From: a virus | Virus record (IMG/VR): IMGVR_UViG_3300028610_002211 | Coordinates: 32,001-96,000 of that record | DNA: 64,000 nt | Direction: 5' to 3' (one strand) | In this document: positions 9,207 through 18,493 of the stretch, piece after piece | Position numbering within the stretch: the first letter of the stretch is position 1 | How the letters are laid out: every line of letters starts with the position of its first letter | Notes under the pieces: model-generated | Databases searched by the model: none | Told to the model about the DNA's origin: nothing | Seen by the model: the letters and a program-made list of their open reading frames with translations, nothing else | Made by a program: the position numbers and the translations under genes

Positions 9207-9452
9207 ATGCATTTAGAAACAAAGGAAGTGTCAGACAAAGTGATTGAGGGGTTCGAGCCGGTACCAGAGCGCCTTTCTGACGCTGCAAAACAGGTTTTGG
9301 ATGGTTTCACCCGGGTAACCGCTACACGAGCAACACAAGGCGGTAGAGACCTTATAACTTGGGCCAAACACGAGCTAAAAACGAAAAAACACAAAAAGGC
9401 CAAGCGCAAGCAAAAAAAGCAATCGAAACGAAAAAACAGGTCGAAAAAATGA
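9207..9452 (+). CDS. hypothetical basic protein
   Basis: SD AGGGG; K-rich tail. Confidence 0.6.
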   Translation: MHLETKEVSDKVIEGFEPVPERLSDAAKQVLDGFTRVTATRATQGGRDLITWAKHELKTKKHKKAKRKQKKQSKRKNRSKK

Positions 9453-9637
9453 AAAAAATTGATCTGATAAGAGCAAAAAGGCCGATAGGATCGATAAAAC
9501 AACATGAAATGTTGGCAGGCGGTTTGCAGTCCTTGGCAGATTTGATAATAATGCTCGCCAAAGGTCAAAGAACGGTTTGGATTTTAACGATAGTTAACTT
9601 TTTGTTGTTTATTTTACATTTTTACCACTTTCACTAA
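9449..9637 (+). CDS. small membrane protein
   Basis: ATGA overlap; C-terminal TM. Confidence 0.55.
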   Translation: MKKIDLIRAKRPIGSIKQHEMLAGGLQSLADLIIMLAKGQRTVWILTIVNFLLFILHFYHFH

Positions 9638-9663
9638 ACGTTTTGAACAAAAAGAGCTCAAAA

Positions 9664-9978
9664 ATGACAAAAGAACCGAAAAAAGACCAATTTGAAGAAA
9701 CGTTGTGTAAGGAGATAGTGAAAAAATTCGGTGAAGACTGGGCGGCAATAGAAGATCGATATTATGAACGGTTGCAAAGACAATTAATAGCATACGAAGA
9801 TGAAAAAAAAGACAAATTGAAGATCGCGAGCCTTGAAAAGCGCGTTTTAGAGCTCGAATTAGCAATTGATCGACTTGCTAGAGCGACCGATGGAAATAAT
9901 TGGGCGGGGGTGCCTCGCTATCGGGACCAAAAACACGAAAATGAAAAAAAAGACAAAAAACAAGAAAATAAAAGTTAA
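9664..9978 (+). CDS. hypothetical coiled-coil protein
   Basis: ORF in operon context. Confidence 0.6.
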   Translation: MTKEPKKDQFEETLCKEIVKKFGEDWAAIEDRYYERLQRQLIAYEDEKKDKLKIASLEKRVLELELAIDRLARATDGNNWAGVPRYRDQKHENEKKDKKQENKS

Positions 9979-10086
9979 AAAAAGCTTGGTTATCAAGTTT
10001 GAAGTGTCAGAAACAGAAGACGGCGGTGTAAATGGAACTATCAAGCTAGTTTATATTGATTACGACACTCAAAAGGATGAAAAACA

Positions 10087-10293
10087 ATGCCTTCTTTCAA
10101 AATAACTCAAAAAACTGATAACGAATGGAACCTTCACGTAACGTTTATTATCGGTACCACGCAAATTTATGCGAGATATGTTGATAAAACTAAAACAGAA
10201 GTTGTTGCCAAAGCGCTAAATGGACTTAGGAACATGTGTGATAAAATAAGCGAGGTCCGAAGCCAGTTGTTATCAGAATATGACAAAGAATGA
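10087..10293 (+). CDS. hypothetical protein
   Basis: SD AGGA. Confidence 0.6.
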   Translation: MPSFKITQKTDNEWNLHVTFIIGTTQIYARYVDKTKTEVVAKALNGLRNMCDKISEVRSQLLSEYDKE

Positions 10294-10322
10294 CCAAAAA
10301 CCCCTAGAAAGGAAAAAACAAA

Positions 10323-10778
10323 ATGAAGGACTTGAGCGAAACAGATTTGAAAGAAAAACTGTTGGTTGGAACAAAGGCATATGTGTTGATAGAAAGTATA
10401 GACCCGTACGACATAGAAGCGGGCAAACTTGTCCAGTTGGACAAACTGACGGTTATGGGAGTGATTGTTTGCGACCGTTTAGAAGAGGAAACAAGGAGTC
10501 TTGTGACGGATCGGGTGTTTACCACTTACAAAATAGCTCCAACTAGCTTAGAAGAAGCAAACAAACTTCCCAAACCAAACCCAAACGAAAAGGATTGGGA
10601 CAAGCCGCTTGAATATGACGGTCCGATCGCTTGCACCGAACGGCAACTGTTAGAGATAATCGAAGATGAGTTTGTTGCGTTTGAAGCGTTTTATGCCGGT
10701 CTGGTTAACATGACCAGGGCTTATATAGCGCACAAAAAACACGCTTTAACTGAACAAGAGCTTTTTAACACTCTTTAA
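10323..10778 (+). CDS. hypothetical protein (paralog of 7479)
   Basis: SD AAGGA; WDKPLEYDGP. Confidence 0.7.
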   Translation: MKDLSETDLKEKLLVGTKAYVLIESIDPYDIEAGKLVQLDKLTVMGVIVCDRLEEETRSLVTDRVFTTYKIAPTSLEEANKLPKPNPNEKDWDKPLEYDGPIACTERQLLEIIEDEFVAFEAFYAGLVNMTRAYIAHKKHALTEQELFNTL

Positions 10779-10798
10779 CGCAAGAAAAGGAGAAAAAA

Positions 10799-11047
10799 AT
10801 GGGATTTAACATTGAAAACAACTTTACTTACCACCCCCCAGGAAAATGGGACATTGAAGTTTATCAAAAGATCCGAGACAAGGCAAAAGAGTTTGCAGAG
10901 CTCATTGAAAAGCTTTGTCCAGACTCGCGAGAACTATCAATAGCCTTTGGGAAGGTCGAAGAAGCGGTAATGTGGGCCAATGCGGCCCGAGCTCGTTACA
11001 AAGTATCCCCGACCGGTCCGGAGCCTCACAAGGGAAAAAAACAATGA
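10799..11047 (+). CDS. Acb2/Tad1-like helical-hairpin protein (putative immune-signal sponge)
   Basis: NNFTYH.P..Y..IR..AKE.A..I...CP.SRE.S.A..KVEEAVMWANA. Confidence 0.7.
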   Translation: MGFNIENNFTYHPPGKWDIEVYQKIRDKAKEFAELIEKLCPDSRELSIAFGKVEEAVMWANAARARYKVSPTGPEPHKGKKQ

Positions 11048-11244
11048 AAAGACAGGTAAGAATATCCAAGAAAGAGGTAGAAGCGCTTCAAAATGACGGT
11101 TTAGACAAACCACAAATGGAAGCGATAAGACTGGCCCGAGCTCGGGCGGGTTTGTGTCTGTACGATGCTGCAAGATTGATAAACGGTTATCGACGAAACG
11201 GCCAAATGTCGATCATGGTATCATGGATGCGTAATGATGCGTGA
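11044..11244 (+). CDS. hypothetical protein (ribosomal L7/L12 C-terminal-like motif)
   Basis: EAIRLARARAGLCLYDA resembles AIK..R...GL.L.EA. Confidence 0.5.
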   Translation: MKRQVRISKKEVEALQNDGLDKPQMEAIRLARARAGLCLYDAARLINGYRRNGQMSIMVSWMRNDA

Positions 11245-11297
11245 CACTCTTTAACACATGTATAACGATCGAGTTATACTCAGAAAGGAATTGTAAA

Positions 11298-11591
11298 ATG
11301 GGTGAACGTTCAACGATAGTTTTAAACGATAAATGGTGTTGGGTCAATATAGAAATGAAGGATATAAAAAAGGGCGATATATTCCGATCACTAGAAGCGA
11401 ACAAAACACCAGTTTGGGGCGACGGTGCCTTTAAGAGCATTAGAACGTTTATCGCTCTTAAAGACGCAGAAATAAAAAAGGGTGTTGCCGGTGTCGTATC
11501 GGACGGGGTTCCGTGTGTGAATGAATACACACGAACATACATCGATATGGAAAACAACGAACACGCGTATAACGGCCGAACTATCCTTTAA
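11298..11591 (+). CDS. hypothetical protein
   Basis: SD AAGGA before ATG 11298. Confidence 0.6.
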   Translation: MGERSTIVLNDKWCWVNIEMKDIKKGDIFRSLEANKTPVWGDGAFKSIRTFIALKDAEIKKGVAGVVSDGVPCVNEYTRTYIDMENNEHAYNGRTIL

Positions 11592-11621
11592 CACGTTTTA
11601 ACGCAAAAAGGAGAAAAAACG

Positions 11622-11795
11622 ATGAAAAAAGTCAATATTTTGTTAACTTTTGAAGTTGATGACGATTGTGATACAACTGCATTAACAGATTGTATACGTT
11701 GCATGACTGATGACTTCGATTACGAATTTATCAAAGAAGATACCGGTTCGAGTGCGACTTTATCCGGAATAAAAGAAGTTCAAAGTCTTCTTTAA
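11622..11795 (+). CDS. 57-aa acidic protein (not in ORF track)
   Basis: SD AAGGAG; MKKVNILLTFEVDDD.. Confidence 0.65.
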   Translation: MKKVNILLTFEVDDDCDTTALTDCIRCMTDDFDYEFIKEDTGSSATLSGIKEVQSLL

Positions 11796-11836
11796 CGTGT
11801 TTTAACAACCACAGAAACAAAAAAAGGAGAAAAACG

Positions 11837-12103
11837 ATGAACGAAAGTAAAATGAAGCTTTTTTTAGTATCGGACAAACCGAAAGAACAGTTCAATAGTT
11901 CAAGAGACGATCACATAATCATTTTGGCAAAAACAGAAGAAAACGCACTAAAGCTCGCAAAAGAAGAAAATCCGGCTTTGTGTTTGAGAGGTAGTATTGC
12001 TGTATTGGAAGATGAGAAACACGAAAGGATATTAGTATCCGTTAAATACAACAAGCATTATAATCCGCTGATTGGCGCGACAGCACTCCTTAAACACGCT
12101 TAA
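11837..12103 (+). CDS. hypothetical protein
   Basis: SD AAGGAG; IILAKTEENALKLA. Confidence 0.7.
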   Translation: MNESKMKLFLVSDKPKEQFNSSRDDHIIILAKTEENALKLAKEENPALCLRGSIAVLEDEKHERILVSVKYNKHYNPLIGATALLKHA

Positions 12104-13014
12104 CACGCGGTCGGTTATTCGAACACACACGAACACGCAGCAAAACACCCCCAGAACACCAACACATCCCCTAAAACGCTCGATTACACGCTAAGGTATA
12201 CCCTAGCCTACCTAACGCTCCAACACGCTTACAGACACTTACAGACATGTTTAACGATATAACGACTTGTCTTTAATTTATGAGGGTGATTATTCTAGTC
12301 TTTTGAGTACAGGCATGTTGAAATTCCCCCTATATAGACAGCGCCTTAAAGGAATACTTTAACACGCTAATTCATATATCAGAAAATCTTTAAAACACTC
12401 AAAAAACCCAAAAACCTCCAAATAGACTGAAAAAAAGGATCTGTTTCTCGTTCGAGTACTTAATTCAGATGTCGCCACAATCCCCCAAAAATCCCCCAAA
12501 CAAAAAACCACACCAAGAGCACCATAGGGGTCACAAGAGCCATAACGATAACAACAGAGATAGTAACAGCCACATATACCTCTAATCGTCCCCAGAACAC
12601 CCCTAGAATTCGGTATATGCCGATATACACGCATACACGTAGGCACGTGTAGAAGCGTAACAGAAAGCAGATGAGAGGACATACACGTGATATAGCGTTT
12701 AACGTAATTTAGATGTTTAAGAGGGAATGAGTTAGAGCGTGTTAGAGGGGATTAGTTAAACGGATTAAGGGAGTTAGAGTTGAAGAATAGATATAGCGAC
12801 CGATATAACGACCGATATAACGACCCGTGATAGTTTCGAAAGGCGGCGCGCTCCCGACCTGGGAAAACTCAAAATCAGCAGCACACCTAAACAAGAAACG
12901 TACCAATCCGAGGGGAGTTAAAGCCACGACCCCAGAAACCTTTAAACGGTTTAAACGCGTTTGTCCTCATACGCACATACACACATATAATACAAATCAT
13001 TTGTCGCTTTTATC

Positions 13015-13050
13015 TTGACATATGAGTTAGAGGTGGTTATATTAGTAGTA
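13015..13050 (+). promoter_or_regulatory. sigma70 cassette promoter
   Basis: TTGACA-17-TATATT; +1 = A of ATG 13050. Confidence 0.75.
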
Positions 13051-13292
13051 TGGCAAGAACAACAGCAATCGAATCGAAAGGAGTAACGGGAATGAAAAGG
13101 GCCGTCTGCTGTAAGTGTCGGGTCATGCGCAACACTGACGAGATGGATCGGACTGTGGGGTGTTTGGGTCAAATCGTTTGGTTGTGTCAACGGTGCAGCA
13201 ATGCACAGCACAAAGAGCAAATTCGCGAAATCTTAATTGATGCTGAATCACAAGGTGTCGATATAGATAAGTGGAGACACCTGCTCGACTAA
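13050..13292 (+). CDS. small Zn-finger protein (second start 13092)
   Basis: CCKC...CQRC; AAGGAG before in-frame ATG. Confidence 0.7.
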   Translation: MARTTAIESKGVTGMKRAVCCKCRVMRNTDEMDRTVGCLGQIVWLCQRCSNAQHKEQIREILIDAESQGVDIDKWRHLLD

Positions 13293-13300
13293 TCCCCAAC

Positions 13301-13332
13301 GGGGCGCGGGTTAAACCGCGCCCTACTTCTTT
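13301..13332 (+). terminator. intrinsic terminator
   Basis: GGGGCGCGG/CCGCGCCCT stem plus T-rich tail. Confidence 0.6.
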
Positions 13333-13919
13333 AGTTCGAGTTAAAGCCGTCTTAAACCCGTTCTAACGCTCTAACTCTTTAACTCAACCCGTGGGTATTA
13401 ACTAGGGTTAGAAAGGAGCACAGAAGGGCGTATAACGGCATCACAATCGATCCTACCCCCACTGGCAATCCGATGTGGGCCGGGGGGCGGTCTGGACCCA
13501 TGTCTTACTGCCGCGCCCAACGCTCAACTTTTTCACCAAAAGCCGTTTTTAACCCATATAATCGAGTTAGAGACCTAACTATTTCACAAAAAATTTTTAA
13601 CTCGCAAAGCCAAACTTTCCCAACATCTGAGTTAGACACTACCTAACGACTTAACGACTTAACGACCTAGCGACCCAACCGCCACCCCCCTTTTAACCAA
13701 TGCCCACCTACAAAACCACAGAATAACCCACAAGCCGCTTTAACACCCTAAGACAACCAACCCTATACCCAGATGTTAGAAAGGCACACACAAAGCCCTA
13801 ATGCGACTCCAGGCCTTCGGCCTACCTACGCGCTCGGGCGCGCGCGTGGGAAACGAAGAAAGGGAAACAAAAAAGCTTCCGGAGGTGCCGGGAGGGGGCG
13901 AAGAAAAGTGAGAAAAATG

Positions 13920-13948
13920 TTGACATATGAATTCGGTGTGTCCATACT
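13920..13948 (+). promoter_or_regulatory. sigma70 promoter of the same family
   Basis: AAAAGTGAGA..TTGACA-TATGAATT..-17-CATACT. Confidence 0.65.
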
Positions 13949-13974
13949 TGAGAAAGCGAGGGGGGTTGAAAGGA

Positions 13975-14061
13975 ATGAGCCTATGGACGTTTAAGGAACT
14001 GGCTTGGTATAATGGGCGTTTAGATGGTTTGGTGTGGATACTTAAGAAGATGGTGGAGTGA
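13975..14061 (+). CDS. 28-aa peptide, GxLxGL family (not in ORF track)
   Basis: MSLWTFKELAWYNGRLDGLVWILKKMVE. Confidence 0.5.
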   Translation: MSLWTFKELAWYNGRLDGLVWILKKMVE

Positions 14062-14065
14062 AATA

Positions 14066-14443
14066 ATGGTTGAAGTAATTTCAAAAGGAAAACTCAAAGT
14101 CGTTTGTAAGGTTTGCAGTTCTTTGTTGTGTGCCGAATTTGGGGAAGCGCAAGTTCTCGATTCATACCCTACAACTTGGCGCATAAAGTGTCCGGTGTGT
14201 TTTAATTGGGTCGTGTTGTCGGCCGTAGAATATGTAAAAGCGGTTATTGAACGATCCGAAGAGGCGAAGAAGGAACCCATACTTTTGTGTAACGCCAAAA
14301 TGAGTCGTTGTAACCCAGAGTTTACAAAAAACGAAAAGTTATATATCGATGGTGAGAAGTTCATAGACGAAGACGATGAACTCGCAATCGAAAAACTTAT
14401 AGAAGAAGACGAGAAAAAGGAGCAAGCCAATGAACAACGTTAA
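14066..14443 (+). CDS. Zn-ribbon protein
   Basis: CKVC..CPVC; SD GGAG. Confidence 0.7.
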   Translation: MVEVISKGKLKVVCKVCSSLLCAEFGEAQVLDSYPTTWRIKCPVCFNWVVLSAVEYVKAVIERSEEAKKEPILLCNAKMSRCNPEFTKNEKLYIDGEKFIDEDDELAIEKLIEEDEKKEQANEQR

Positions 14444-14654
14444 AGAGATGATCGAGAAAATCAAAGCTGAAATCAAACGTAGTGAGAAGGAGAAAGCGGC
14501 GTTACCCACTTGGAACAAGACTGAGTTATCACGGCGCGTTAATGCTCGTTTGGTTGGTAAGTTGAACGGATTGCGTTTTGCGTTGGACTTGTTGGAAGGG
14601 AAGAAAGAGGTTGACCCGAAAACGTTTACAGTTCCGAAAAATAGAGGTGACTGA
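14430..14654 (+). CDS. GxLxGLRFAL-family protein
   Basis: SD AAGGAG; RLVGKLNGLRFALDLL. Confidence 0.75.
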   Translation: MNNVKEMIEKIKAEIKRSEKEKAALPTWNKTELSRRVNARLVGKLNGLRFALDLLEGKKEVDPKTFTVPKNRGD

Positions 14655-14989
14655 TGAACGAGGAAATCAAAGCTGAGATCAAACGTGTTGAGGAAAGGCA
14701 GGATACGCATTCTATTCTTTCTGCTTGGAATAGATCCGAGTCATCATGGCGTATATCATGGCGTATTACTGCGGCGCATTTAATTGGTGAGTTGAACGGG
14801 TTGCGTTTTGCGTTGGGTTTGCTACAAGGAAAAATCGAGGAAATCGAGACCGAGATCAAACGTGTTGAGAAAAAACAAAGTGACAATTTTGCCTTTTCAT
14901 CATGGCGCATCGTTGCTCGTTTAAAGGGTAAGTTGAACGGGTTACGTTTTACGTTAGATTTGTTGAAAGGAAAAGGGGATGAACGATAA
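14654..14989 (+). CDS. GxLxGLRFAL-family protein, tandem two-domain
   Basis: GELNGLRFALGLL and GKLNGLRFTLDLL. Confidence 0.75.
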   Translation: MNEEIKAEIKRVEERQDTHSILSAWNRSESSWRISWRITAAHLIGELNGLRFALGLLQGKIEEIETEIKRVEKKQSDNFAFSSWRIVARLKGKLNGLRFTLDLLKGKGDER

Positions 14990-15260
14990 GCAATGTGAAG
15001 AATTCAGAAGGTTAGCAGAAGAAAGCTCGATGTCAATTGGTGGAATGGATGGTGTGAATGACTGCGAAAATATGCTTTTAAAGTTCATGACTCCGGAGTT
15101 TATTATTGGATACTCGAAGTGGAAAGAAAAGCGTGATAGGTTGGTGAAAGTCGCAAGAGAAAAGCTGTTGACAGAAGGGAAAGAACGAAGGCAAACGCGC
15201 GATCCACCAAAATTTAATCGTCCGAAGATAAGACCACAAAAAGAAGGAAGGAAAGAGTGA
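14979..15260 (+). CDS. hypothetical protein
   Basis: SD AAGGA; overlap. Confidence 0.6.
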   Translation: MNDKQCEEFRRLAEESSMSIGGMDGVNDCENMLLKFMTPEFIIGYSKWKEKRDRLVKVAREKLLTEGKERRQTRDPPKFNRPKIRPQKEGRKE

Positions 15261-15263
15261 CTG

Positions 15264-15569
15264 ATGGTTGAATATAAAAAGGTAGAGTGTTTATGTGGGG
15301 AAATGATACACACTAGCGTTTGGGGGACGTGGGTTGATGACCAGTGGTTTTGTGGAGAATGTCTAGTTAAAGCAGTTAGTAAAAACAAAAAAACAATCAC
15401 CAAAATCGAAGAAGAGATAATTGGTATTGAGGAAAGTTTGTTAATCACTCAAAACAACGGAACAAGAAACTTAAGAGAACACGAAAACAAAATCAAGTTG
15501 GTTGGGTTTGGGAAAGGTGAATTAAGAGGGTTGCGTTTTGCTTTAGGGTTGTTGAAAAGTGAAAAATAG
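15264..15569 (+). CDS. Zn finger plus GxLxGLRFAL-family protein
   Basis: CLCG..CGEC; GELRGLRFALGLL. Confidence 0.7.
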   Translation: MVEYKKVECLCGEMIHTSVWGTWVDDQWFCGECLVKAVSKNKKTITKIEEEIIGIEESLLITQNNGTRNLREHENKIKLVGFGKGELRGLRFALGLLKSEK

Positions 15570-15596
15570 TTGACCTGAAAACGAAAGGTGGAAGGG

Positions 15597-15881
15597 ATGA
15601 ACATTGAACAAGGACTTCAACGTTTAAAAGAATTGTACGGGAATCCGGGAACTTTGTTCTTGGGTGATGCTACAGGTTCACGAGCTCGACTCACTCCGGG
15701 TCAACAAGTGGCAATCCTCATTGATGGTCCTTACCTAATAGGTACGGTTCAACGTCATCGTACACAGCGCGGGAAAATGATGATTAAGTACCACGATGGA
15801 CGAAGAAATTGGATAATCTCACCTGACAAAAACCAGGTGTTGATCGAATGGTATGATCAAATGGTAAAAAGAAAGGTGTAA
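15597..15881 (+). CDS. hypothetical protein (SH3/KOW-like beta domain)
   Basis: LTPGQQVAILIDGPY.IGTV. Confidence 0.6.
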   Translation: MNIEQGLQRLKELYGNPGTLFLGDATGSRARLTPGQQVAILIDGPYLIGTVQRHRTQRGKMMIKYHDGRRNWIISPDKNQVLIEWYDQMVKRKV

Positions 15882-15888
15882 AAACTAA

Positions 15889-16077
15889 TTGACCCGAAAA
15901 CGAAAAAAGGGTTGTAAGCACGATCACAGCGTTAAGGTGAACGGCGTTTGCTGGGCGTGCTTAAAAAAGGGGTTAATGGTTTGCTTGTGTTTGGGGTGTG
16001 GGCACAAGTGGAAAGAAAAACCAGGCCCAACCGAGTGCCCAGAATGCGCCGGATTCTATGTCAAAAAGGGGTGGTAA
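15889..16077 (+). CDS. small Zn-ribbon protein
   Basis: CLGCGHKW..CPEC. Confidence 0.55.
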   Translation: MTRKRKKGCKHDHSVKVNGVCWACLKKGLMVCLCLGCGHKWKEKPGPTECPECAGFYVKKGW

Positions 16078-16079
16078 GA

Positions 16080-16595
16080 ATGAGATGGGAAAATATATCT
16101 TTGTTGGATGAACCAATTGAATCTAAATTAGTTTTGTCTAAAGCCGAAACAAAAGTTTTGAAAAGAGCATATGATCTTTTAAGTAAAATTAAAAACAAAT
16201 TAGAAGAAACTTACGGTGAAGATAAGGCCGAAAAAATACCATCTTGCGAACCTTGGATTTATGCAGAATCTTGGTTTAGATGTGCAATTGACGATTTGAG
16301 AGTTGATGGAATTAAATTTCCGTTAAAGGATAATAAAAACCTCGTTTTCATTCCAAAACGAGTGAGACTTGGGTTTGAAATGAGAGAATTACCATTTAAC
16401 CAAAAGCAGTTTATTGAAGTGACCGGATACATTGAAGGTGGTGACACATTAGACGCTTGCGTGTTTTGCGATTATTCGCGTGATAAGGAGTTTATCGAAA
16501 AAGGTTGCTCAATTGTCAAACTCGTTTGCGCGTTTTATCATCATCAGAGTTTTGAGGTTTCGTCAATCGGTTGTTGTCGAAAGTTCAGAGGATAA
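16080..16595 (+). CDS. hypothetical protein with C-terminal Cys cluster
   Basis: ATG 16080 after GGTGG; CVFC..C..CC. Confidence 0.65.
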   Translation: MRWENISLLDEPIESKLVLSKAETKVLKRAYDLLSKIKNKLEETYGEDKAEKIPSCEPWIYAESWFRCAIDDLRVDGIKFPLKDNKNLVFIPKRVRLGFEMRELPFNQKQFIEVTGYIEGGDTLDACVFCDYSRDKEFIEKGCSIVKLVCAFYHHQSFEVSSIGCCRKFRG

Positions 16596-16597
16596 AA

Positions 16598-16768
16598 ATG
16601 AGCAAGTATTACGTTTATTTGATAGCAAAAAAGCCGGGTTTTTTTCGTCGTTTGTTCAAGTTGCGCGGTAAAACATCAACCGTAATGAGTGACAATCCGG
16701 TTAAACCAAAATTACCGAAAGGATATATCTTCTTTTCACTTATCGGTGAAGTGAGGGATAATGAGTAA
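16598..16768 (+). CDS. hypothetical protein
   Basis: SD GAGG. Confidence 0.55.
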   Translation: MSKYYVYLIAKKPGFFRRLFKLRGKTSTVMSDNPVKPKLPKGYIFFSLIGEVRDNE

Positions 16769-16816
16769 AATTGACGAAAGCGTAAAAGACTCTACGTCAA
16801 AAAAGGATGGTAAGAA

Positions 16817-17269
16817 ATGACACGTTTAGTGGAAACGTTGCTCGATATGTTAAGAACTGTCGAAAGAGTTTGGCCCGAGCTTGGCAAAACGGCCGAATGG
16901 TTTCAAGGGTATAAAGACGGGATCGAAGTGTCGATCCAAACGATCAAAACTAAATATAGAGAACGGGCGATGAGTCTGCAAAACGCCACTGATTTGCAGC
17001 GCGAACAGTTAGTTGCAGCTCCACAAAAATACGATGTACTAGGCAACCTCAAAGACAAAGAGAAGCGGATAGCACGCGGGTTTGTTGATATTGGCGATTT
17101 GAGAATCGGCGACGTTGTCCAGTTTTATCAATACGGATCGCTATTTGTTGACGAAATCGGTTGTTTTACCTGGTTGGTTATTCACTTGCCGGTTAGGGGA
17201 GCTGTTCAACTATCCCGATTGCACTTTGACGCTTTAAAGAACCGCACTACAGACGAAAGACGGGGATAA
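16817..17269 (+). CDS. hypothetical protein
   Basis: AGGA/GGT upstream; long ORF. Confidence 0.65.
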   Translation: MTRLVETLLDMLRTVERVWPELGKTAEWFQGYKDGIEVSIQTIKTKYRERAMSLQNATDLQREQLVAAPQKYDVLGNLKDKEKRIARGFVDIGDLRIGDVVQFYQYGSLFVDEIGCFTWLVIHLPVRGAVQLSRLHFDALKNRTTDERRG

Positions 17270-17730
17270 TGAAATCCATACAACCATTATGGTGTTTACA
17301 ATTACCTCTTCAACAACAATCCGTTTTGTTTTTGGCTTCTAGGGGGCCGGATGGAATTGACAAGGCTCACCCCTGTAAAGATGTTCAGCGCGCGTATAGA
17401 GCTACGGTATTGATTGGAGCCAAACAGGGTAGGTTGTTACATTGGGGTGAATGTGGTGATGGTTTTATAAGTTTAGATCTTTTTAGCGACGATAAAAAAT
17501 GGTCTCAAGTTTGCAATCGGTTTTTTCCATTTGTCGACAGTCTTCCCCATCATTATTATATGCATCTTTTATATGGAGTTGAAATACTTGGATATAAACA
17601 CCCTGACATACGATTCAAAAATCGGTGGAATGACTTTTACAAACGAGGAATAGAGGAATTACACTTAATGCCGGAGTCCGAACTTCAAATGGAATTGCGC
17701 CTTAATGATTGGGATCAAAAATGGTGGTAA
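17269..17730 (+). CDS. hypothetical phage protein
   Basis: TAATG coupling; RGPDG, LPHHYYMH, EILGYKHP. Confidence 0.75.
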   Translation: MKSIQPLWCLQLPLQQQSVLFLASRGPDGIDKAHPCKDVQRAYRATVLIGAKQGRLLHWGECGDGFISLDLFSDDKKWSQVCNRFFPFVDSLPHHYYMHLLYGVEILGYKHPDIRFKNRWNDFYKRGIEELHLMPESELQMELRLNDWDQKWW

Positions 17731-17748
17731 TTTTAAAAAGGAGACAGA

Positions 17749-18057
17749 ATGAAAAGTGAAAAAAGAAGACGACTTTATAAAGGCGATTCTGTAACAATGA
17801 TGTTAGGAGAAATGGGTTATACCGAAAGATGTTGTTCAAATTGCCTTTGTTTTGAAATCGAAGAAGACGAAGAAGAAGAAGAAAGCGATTTGGGTTGGTG
17901 TAAAGCCAATCGGATTTGGCTTCAGATAGATAGCAAAGGGCGCGGTTGTTGCGAAATACACACTAAAAAAAACCCTAATCCAAGCGAAACAAGATCCCAA
18001 AAAGGTGAAAAAATGAAGTGTCCAGATTTGAGCCCGCCCGGCATGAGGGTAAGTTGA
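17749..18057 (+). CDS. Cys-cluster protein (similar pattern to 299)
   Basis: SD AAGGAG; CSNC..C..CC. Confidence 0.65.
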   Translation: MKSEKRRRLYKGDSVTMMLGEMGYTERCCSNCLCFEIEEDEEEEESDLGWCKANRIWLQIDSKGRGCCEIHTKKNPNPSETRSQKGEKMKCPDLSPPGMRVS

Positions 18058-18287
18058 ACGGGTTATGTGAATACTGCGAAAAGCCGATCGGCGCTAATCG
18101 CGTATCGCGTGATGGTTTTGATTTTTGTTCGGCGAAATGTTCGGAACAATCCCGCGATTCTGATACTTGCGAACATTGCGGGAAATCAATCGACGGTGAA
18201 CCGGTTATTTTTCGTTCCCCTGTCCACGCTCCTTTGTTTTTTTGTTCTGTTACTTGTCAACAAAAATTTGCCGAAGAAAAACGATGA
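18018..18287 (+). CDS. tandem TRASH/YHS-like Zn-finger protein
   Basis: two CxxC...FCSxxC repeats. Confidence 0.65.
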   Translation: MSRFEPARHEGKLNGLCEYCEKPIGANRVSRDGFDFCSAKCSEQSRDSDTCEHCGKSIDGEPVIFRSPVHAPLFFCSVTCQQKFAEEKR

Positions 18288-18493
18288 AAGTCAAAATCCA
18301 CATAACGCGTGGAAGGTTTATTGAACTAAGCGACGATCTTTCATGGGAGATCTTCATTATGCGCGCCGCTCAAGTTGTGAAAACGAAAAGACACGAACAA
18401 GGATTACAACATACTGTAACCCTTGATTGGATAGCTAACATGTTTGGGTTTGACAATTGGGCGTTGTTAACGAAAAATAGAAAGACGAAATAA
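18284..18493 (+). CDS. hypothetical protein
   Basis: ATGA overlap; LDWIANMFGFDNW. Confidence 0.6.
   Translation: MKVKIHITRGRFIELSDDLSWEIFIMRAAQVVKTKRHEQGLQHTVTLDWIANMFGFDNWALLTKNRKTK

Larger units (their letters stand above)
12104..13919. repeat. gene-poor repeat-rich interval (candidate genome end or origin)
   Basis: about 9 GAGTTA(G/A)A(G/C) copies, short tandem repeats, strong strand-composition switches. Confidence 0.55.

Noticed and set aside
9512-9528. GG-N10-GC sigma54-like match TTGGCAGGCGGTTTGCA
   Set aside because: Inside a coding region and lacks the shared downstream box; likely chance
10771-12110. Integron attC sites at TTTAAC gene ends
   Set aside because: No matching GTTRRRY core with a bulged hairpin, and no integrase in the window
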